From Gemmatimonadota bacterium (lineage in GTDB: Bacteria > Gemmatimonadota > Gemmatimonadetes > Gemmatimonadales > GWC2-71-9): a stretch of 50,923 bases of DNA. Of this stretch, positions 45,838 to 50,923 are shown piece after piece. Numbering within the stretch: position 1 is the stretch's first letter; each line of letters begins with the position of its first letter. Below the pieces are notes generated by a model that saw nothing but the letters and a program-made list of their open reading frames with translations, was not told the DNA's origin and searched no databases. Position numbers and translations under genes: made by a program. The stretch is taken from positions 1 to 50,923 of the forward strand of contig JBDTRF010000001.1 of NCBI GenBank assembly GCA_039931815.1, written 5' to 3'.

Positions 45838-48800
45838 TCATTGCGCTCCTCCTTTCATACCCACCATGCCGGCGGCCGGAGCGGTATGTCTCCACGCTTC
45901 ATCGGGCGCTGCCTGCTGTCGAGGCCAGACCTCGTCCAGCGTGTTGCCATCGTACATGCGGCCGTTCTTCATGACGAAGTGCACCGTGTTGGAATTGCGG
46001 ATATTGTCGAGCGGATTGGCGTCGAGGACGACCAGGTCGGCCAGCTTCCCCGGCTCCAGCGAGCCCAGGTCCTGTCCCAGCCCGATCGCCTCGGCGCCGA
46101 GGATCGTGGCCACTCTCAACGCGTCGAGGTTGTCCATGCCACCGCTGGCGACGTTCCACAGTTCCCAGTGATAACCGAGACCCTGCAGTTGGCCGTGTCC
46201 GCCGATACCGGCGTGGCCCCCCGCCGCGACCAGGTCGCGAGTGAAAATAGCGTGACGTTTGAAGGCGTATTCGTCATCGCGGAACCAGCCGCCGGGGCCG
46301 GGGCCCGGATTACGGCGGCGGATCTTGGCATCGAGCTCGGCCTCGGGAGTGAAGTGATGCAGCTTCACATCGCCCGCCGTGTTTTCGTGAGTGTAGTAGT
46401 AGTTCTCCGCCCAGGGCGCCCCATACGACACGAGCAGTGTCGGAGTGTTAGTGGTGCCCGATGCCTTGAAAAGTTCCACCACGTCGTTGAAGGCCGGGGT
46501 AATCGGCATGGTGTGCTCGACGCCGGGGTAACCGTCCATCGCGTGCGTCATATTGAGTCGATAGTCGAGCCCGCCTTCGGTCGTCGGCATCAGTTTGAGA
46601 TCGCGGGCGGCCATGATCAGCCACTCTCGCTGCCGGCGATCGCCCGACATGTACATCTTGAACGTTTTGGTGTCGTAATAGTCGCTATAGCGCCGGAGCA
46701 CATCGTGGGCATGCTCCAGGCTGCGAATCCCTTCTGTCCAGAAGACGCCAGGCCCGGTGGAGTAGACCCGCGGTCCCGGCATTCTGCCGGCCTCGACCTG
46801 GTCGCCATAGGTCAACACGTCCGTAGTCGCCGTTTGCGGATCACGCGTCGTCGTGACTCCATAGGCCAGGTTCGCCTGATAGATCCAGGGCCGGGTCCAG
46901 TGAATGCCCCAGAGTGGCCACATGTGGGAATGGATATCGACGAACCCGGGAACGATCGTCTTCCCCGTCACATCGATCACTCGCGCACCTGCGGGCACCG
47001 CGCCTTGCGCCCCCACGCTCACGATTCGGTTGTCCTTGATGACGACGTCGCCGTTCTCGATCACGTCCCGCCCATGCATCGTGATCACCCGGGCGCCGCG
47101 AAGCACCACGGTGCCTCGCGGTATATCGCGCTGAGCCGGAATCAGGAATCGATGCTCCTGCGGTTTGTAGGCCGCATGTTGCCGGGTGGCGGAATCGGCG
47201 CCCGCGCGGTGCAGGCTGTCGTCGACTGCGTAAGCCTGGTCCAGCCGATAGGTGACGAAGGCGTTTCCGATGGACCAATGGATGGTACGACCGTCGGGGC
47301 CCCAGGTCGCGAACTCGCCGCCGATATCGGTCAGCTTCCGCACCGGCATCGAGGCGCTATCCGGCTTGGTCACCAGCACCGTCGGCACCGGGCCCCCGGT
47401 ACGCGGCACCGTGATCACGTAGACATCGTTCTGCACCTGGGCCATCGCGAGGTCGCCTTTCGGCGCCATCATGATCAGGTCGGCCGAGGCCTGGGGAATA
47501 GCGTCTTCCCGCGGCTGCTGTTTGGAGTAGTCGCGAGGAGAAAGGAGATCGGATGTCCTGGATGCTTCCCAGAAACCGGATTCAAACGGCAAACGCCAGG
47601 TCACGCGAAGATGGTACTTGAGATCGGTTCCATCCCAACGGGTGGAGACCAGCGCGACTGTCCCCTGCTGTCCCTCGCTGGCCGGGGGAATAAATCCGTA
47701 GGTGTAGATCCGGGTCGGATCGCTGGTGAAATGCGGCCGATTGCGATTGTCGCTCGGCCCGATGACCGTGACCTCGCCGCCCTCGGCCGGGATCCAGACA
47801 AACTCGGCGGCAAGACCATTGCCAATGAAGGGATCGACCGCCTCGTGGAGATCCCGATCAGAGGCACGCATCGCGACGATCCGCTTGCCATCGGGCGACC
47901 ATGCCAGCTGCTGATAGAAGGCAGAAACACGGGTAAGACGGGCCGGCGTCCCCCCGGTCGCCTTTACTTTCATTATATGCCCCTGGTTGTCGTCCCAGGC
48001 CACATAGGCGATCGAGAGGCCGTCGGGAGACCAGATCGGGTTGTATTCCCCCGTTGTCTCCTGGGTGGTGAGGCGCCTCGGAGCGCCGGAGGGCAGATCG
48101 GCGACGTAGACCCGATCGAGAGCGGTGAAGGCGACCCGCTTCCCGTCCGGTGACGGAACCGCGTCGCGAATCTGCTTGATGGTAAAGGTGGCCGAGTCCG
48201 AGATCGGATACTGGAACTTCACCTCGGGGCCAATCGCGACTTCGGCATCTACGGTCATCGGAATCTTCGACGGCGCGGTTCCATCCACCGGAACCCGCCA
48301 GATTTCACCGCCGTAAGAAATGACGATGGATTTTGAATCCGGCATGAACGAGTAGCCGGGCAGGACATCCATGTTGGCGATCGACTCCTGGTCGTCCCGC
48401 TGAATCGGATACGCCAGCCACTTCTCCTCGCCCGTCGCCAGTTCACGCAACCGAAGCCCCGTCTCGGCATCGTGCCGGGCACCGTAGGCGAGCCACTTCC
48501 CATCGGGAGACAAGGCGGGCCGGAACGCCGATCCGTATTGATCGGTCATCTGGGTCCGGGTGCCGTTGTCCCGATCGTAGACTTCGAGCTGGAACTGGGG
48601 GAGAATCGCATTGTATTGCCAGGAACCATTTCGGACCGCATACCAGACGTACCGATCGGTGGCGCCGAAGGCCGGTCCCATCATCCGGGTTCCCGGAGTT
48701 CCCTCCACCATCCGGACGCCCGTGCCCCCCCGCGTGTTGTACATCCAGATTTTCTCGAGGCCCTGGAGCGGTGCCGCCCGCGCAACCACGACGTATTCTC

Positions 48801-49299
48801 CATCGGGCGTCCAGTCGGGGCTGAGGTAATTGCTGCCGATGCCCCTGGTCAGCTGGACCGTATCCTTGAGATCCAGGGACAGGATCCAGACGTTGTCATC
48901 ACCGCTCCGGTCGGAGACGAATGCGACGCGCTTGCCATCCGGGCTGAAGCGGGGTCCGAGATCATGCGGAAGGCCACTGGTGAGCCGAGTCGCCTTGCCG
49001 CCGGCAATCGGAAGGGTGTAGAGATCGCCGAGAAGATCGAAGACGATGGTCTGTCCGTCCGGGCTCACGTCAAGCGACATCCATGTCCCGTGGGTCGTGG
49101 TAAACCGGGCCCATCGGGCAGGGGTCAGCGGGAGTCCGGCATCGGGACCGGTCGCCGCCGCGGCGATGGCAGCATCAATCTGGGCCTGGGTTGGTTGAGC
49201 CGGCTCAGAAGCCTGGGTCTGGGACTGGAGGGGCAACGTGATCGCGGACAAGAGCAGACATGCGGCGGTCAAGACGCCATGTCGCCGAGTGTGGCGCAT
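45838..49299 (-). CDS. TolB-like beta-propeller fused to amidohydrolase-superfamily domain, secreted; paralogue 2
   Basis: Signal peptide MRHTRRHGVLTAACLLLSAITLPLQSQ. Shares a 35-aa identical block, GTWMSLDVSPDGQTIVFDLLGDLYTLPIAGGKATR, with paralogue 1. Contains GFVDIHSH and PGKLADLVVLD. Confidence 0.9.
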   Translation of the reverse strand: MRHTRRHGVLTAACLLLSAITLPLQSQTQASEPAQPTQAQIDAAIAAAATGPDAGLPLTPARWARFTTTHGTWMSLDVSPDGQTIVFDLLGDLYTLPIAGGKATRLTSGLPHDLGPRFSPDGKRVAFVSDRSGDDNVWILSLDLKDTVQLTRGIGSNYLSPDWTPDGEYVVVARAAPLQGLEKIWMYNTRGGTGVRMVEGTPGTRMMGPAFGATDRYVWYAVRNGSWQYNAILPQFQLEVYDRDNGTRTQMTDQYGSAFRPALSPDGKWLAYGARHDAETGLRLRELATGEEKWLAYPIQRDDQESIANMDVLPGYSFMPDSKSIVISYGGEIWRVPVDGTAPSKIPMTVDAEVAIGPEVKFQYPISDSATFTIKQIRDAVPSPDGKRVAFTALDRVYVADLPSGAPRRLTTQETTGEYNPIWSPDGLSIAYVAWDDNQGHIMKVKATGGTPARLTRVSAFYQQLAWSPDGKRIVAMRASDRDLHEAVDPFIGNGLAAEFVWIPAEGGEVTVIGPSDNRNRPHFTSDPTRIYTYGFIPPASEGQQGTVALVSTRWDGTDLKYHLRVTWRLPFESGFWEASRTSDLLSPRDYSKQQPREDAIPQASADLIMMAPKGDLAMAQVQNDVYVITVPRTGGPVPTVLVTKPDSASMPVRKLTDIGGEFATWGPDGRTIHWSIGNAFVTYRLDQAYAVDDSLHRAGADSATRQHAAYKPQEHRFLIPAQRDIPRGTVVLRGARVITMHGRDVIENGDVVIKDNRIVSVGAQGAVPAGARVIDVTGKTIVPGFVDIHSHMWPLWGIHWTRPWIYQANLAYGVTTTRDPQTATTDVLTYGDQVEAGRMPGPRVYSTGPGVFWTEGIRSLEHAHDVLRRYSDYYDTKTFKMYMSGDRRQREWLIMAARDLKLMPTTEGGLDYRLNMTHAMDGYPGVEHTMPITPAFNDVVELFKASGTTNTPTLLVSYGAPWAENYYYTHENTAGDVKLHHFTPEAELDAKIRRRNPGPGPGGWFRDDEYAFKRHAIFTRDLVAAGGHAGIGGHGQLQGLGYHWELWNVASGGMDNLDALRVATILGAEAIGLGQDLGSLEPGKLADLVVLDANPLDNIRNSNTVHFVMKNGRMYDGNTLDEVWPRQQAAPDEAWRHTAPAAGMVGMKGGAQ

Positions 49300-49572
49300 A
49301 GGGGACTCCGAAGTGGTGGCGATCGAGTGCTGGGGGGTGGAGAAGATATGGTACCGGCCCTGACTTGGCTACATGACGGTGCGCCCGGACACGGTGTTTC
49401 ATTTGGGATCACCCGAATGCTGTTGGACCGTGTTTCTTGACAAACGGTTGGCTGGTCGCCGCCGCCTGTCTTGACTTTGGCTTTCTGACGACGTAATTCG
49501 GAGGCACGCTCACGCCAACATCGCGTGATGCCGCCAGCTCATCTCATGAAACCGGGTCACTCACATAACTCG

Positions 49573-50025
49573 ATGATTCGCCTCAGAATCCTCTTTGTGC
49601 TGGGAACCGTGGCCCTCACGACCCGCCCAGTGCTCGCCCAGAACGATCCGAACACCCTGCGCCGCCTCGATAGCGGGTGGGCCCAATCCTATGCGCAACA
49701 CGATACCGCCTTTGCCCAGGCGCTCTTCGCTGACAGCATGGTCGTGACCGGAAGCACCGGCCAGGTGAAAGACCGTGAAGGGGAACTGGGCGATGTTCGC
49801 CCGCTCGCTGGCCTTGAGATGAAGTACTTCCGGACCGACGACGTGAAGCCCCGCCTTCACGGCGATGTCGCCATCGTCACCGGACTGGCGGAGTGGGAGT
49901 TCAGCTACCAGGGCCGAAATAATCACCTCCGCCGGCGGTACACTGCCGTCTATACCCGGGGAGGATCGCTTGGGTGGGAGATGATCGCGCTGCACTTAAG
50001 CCCGGCGCCCGAGGCTCCTCGATAA
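49573..50025 (+). CDS. secreted SnoaL/NTF2-like protein (DUF4440-like)
   Basis: Track ORF trimmed to MIRLRILFVLGTVALTTRPVLAQ. Size of ~130 aa and the pattern LD..W...Y...D......LFADS.VV....G, then W....HLS, resemble DUF4440. Confidence 0.7.
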   Translation: MIRLRILFVLGTVALTTRPVLAQNDPNTLRRLDSGWAQSYAQHDTAFAQALFADSMVVTGSTGQVKDREGELGDVRPLAGLEMKYFRTDDVKPRLHGDVAIVTGLAEWEFSYQGRNNHLRRRYTAVYTRGGSLGWEMIALHLSPAPEAPR

Positions 50026-50149
50026 GGGCAGAAATGGCATTCACGGTGTAGCGTATGGCAAAATGATTGTTTGCCACTGAGCACACAGCGGGGACCATTG
50101 TCGATCGAGGTTGCAGGACTTCGCGTGGTAACCATTCCAGGGAACTCAG

Positions 50150-50656
50150 ATGCCATTTGGCCGTTTCGATTCTCTGCGGACTCGATGGTTCTGGGCTCTG
50201 GCCGCCGGCATGCTTCTCACCGACTGCGCCACCAAACGCGTGGCTGAGTTGGAACTGGCCCCGGCCAATATTTCTCACCCCGTCATGGGCGATGTCGTTC
50301 GACTGACGCTGGCATACAACCAGGGCAGCGCCATGAGCCTCTGGACCGGGCCGGACGCCAGGCTCCTGTTATCGCTCTTCGCCGTCATTGCCGTTGCCGT
50401 CATCCTGAGGCTCTACCAGCTGACCCCGCCGACGCAACGCCTCCGAATCGCCGGCCTGGCCCTTGTGGCCGGCGGCGCAGCCGGAAACCTGCTGGATCGG
50501 ATCAGATCGGGTCGAGGCGTGGTGGACTTTATTGACGTGGGAATCGGGGCATCCCGATTCTGGGTCTTTAACGTGGCTGATATCGGTGTGACGCTCGGAG
50601 CCCTGATGCTGGCACTGGCCATGGCCCGGGCAGAGGGGGTACCCAGCTCAAAGTAG
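50150..50656 (+). CDS. lspA: lipoprotein signal peptidase (signal peptidase II)
   Basis: Contains LTDCATK, LAYNQGSAMSL, GGAAGNLLDRI, GVVDFIDV and FNVADIGVTLGA, which are the conserved LspA blocks including the catalytic Asp residues. Confidence 0.9.
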   Translation: MPFGRFDSLRTRWFWALAAGMLLTDCATKRVAELELAPANISHPVMGDVVRLTLAYNQGSAMSLWTGPDARLLLSLFAVIAVAVILRLYQLTPPTQRLRIAGLALVAGGAAGNLLDRIRSGRGVVDFIDVGIGASRFWVFNVADIGVTLGALMLALAMARAEGVPSSK

Positions 50657-50801
50657 GGATCGAGGGCGACACAATTACCATGGAGACTCGGACTTGCGGG
50701 TTTGGGTTTTCGTAGATTACTTGTCACGAGTACGACCGGTCACTGGTTACGTTTCACCTTTCTCACTCTACTTTTCACTCTCCACCTTTCGCCCAACGAA
50801 T

Positions 50802-50923
50802 ATGATCGACCTCTACAACACCGACACCGACGATCTCATCGGCTCCATCACTGAGGCCGAACTGGATTATTTGAAGGAAGTACTGGAGGAGGAATCGCTG
50901 GACGATACCGACTACTACTTCAC
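50802..50923 (+). CDS. acidic hypothetical protein, N-terminal fragment (continues past the window end)
   Basis: Manual translation from ATG 50802 gives MIDLYNTDTDDLIGSITEAELDYLKEVLEEESLDDTDYYF, open to the window end. GC3-rich. Not in the ORF track because there is no stop. Confidence 0.5.
   Translation, partial: MIDLYNTDTDDLIGSITEAELDYLKEVLEEESLDDTDYYF

Noticed and set aside
1-50923. Search for CRISPR arrays, tRNA/rRNA genes, transposases, integrases, prophage genes, toxin-antitoxin pairs or classical defence genes.
   Set aside because: No spaced direct-repeat arrays, tRNA-like T-arm/anticodon architecture, or DDE/tyrosine-recombinase motifs were seen in any ORF or spacer. The low-GC spacers at about 25.0-25.5 kb and 28.2-28.6 kb share no inverted or direct terminal repeats with each other.

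Overview
High-GC bacterial chromosomal window. Coding lines look about 60-70% G+C by eye and by spot counts. The style fits Gemmatimonadota or Acidobacteriota-like genomes, but I cannot confirm taxonomy without a search. Coding is dense, with about 40 supported protein genes, roughly two thirds on the minus strand. I recognised no rRNA, tRNA, CRISPR array, transposase or integrase. All product names come from motif and family recognition by eye; no database search was run.

Gene order along the window:
- Partial M14 carboxypeptidase, an uncharacterised secreted HExxH protein, and a CBS-pair protein (one minus-strand cluster).
- An RND efflux operon in the unusual order pump, outer-membrane factor, adaptor.
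- Two small convergent hypothetical genes, then a secreted jelly-roll protein.
- A HEAT-repeat protein and a TorF-like porin.
- An FAD oxidoreductase with a putrescine-aminotransferase-like gene.
- A MacAB/DevBCA-type ABC exporter: adaptor, ATPase and two FtsX permeases.
- gabT.
- A four-gene envelope cluster, described below.
- A tandem M16 peptidase and potD/A/B/C-like polyamine uptake genes.
- An Ig-like/esterase lipoprotein and an AraC-MGMT fusion.
- A lipid kinase, metallophosphoesterase and DUF1761 cluster, then a possibly frameshifted DUF1801-like gene.
- Two tandem paralogues of a giant TolB-propeller/amidohydrolase protein.
- A DUF4440-like protein, lspA and a partial acidic ORF.

Most interesting candidate system (22.5-28.2 kb, minus strand):
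- It comprises a 2-TM coiled-coil membrane protein, a two-module classical-clade AAA+ ATPase with a degenerate D1 and an intact D2, PspA/IM30, and a membrane-anchored SBP-fold/OmpA_C fusion.
- The membrane protein and the ATPase appear translationally coupled through a GTGA start/stop overlap.
- PspA/IM30 belongs to the ESCRT-III superfamily, and there is no PspF, PspB or PspC nearby.
- The cluster is broken and flanked by unusually low-GC non-coding spacers.
- I read this as a possible Vps4-like/ESCRT-III-like envelope remodelling or stress module. That is inference only.

Other points: a roughly 45-nt promoter-like element is duplicated upstream of gabT and of the membrane-protein/ATPase operon. 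An intrinsic terminator sits inside the RND operon leader. The many long antisense ORFs in the track are treated as high-GC mirror artefacts.
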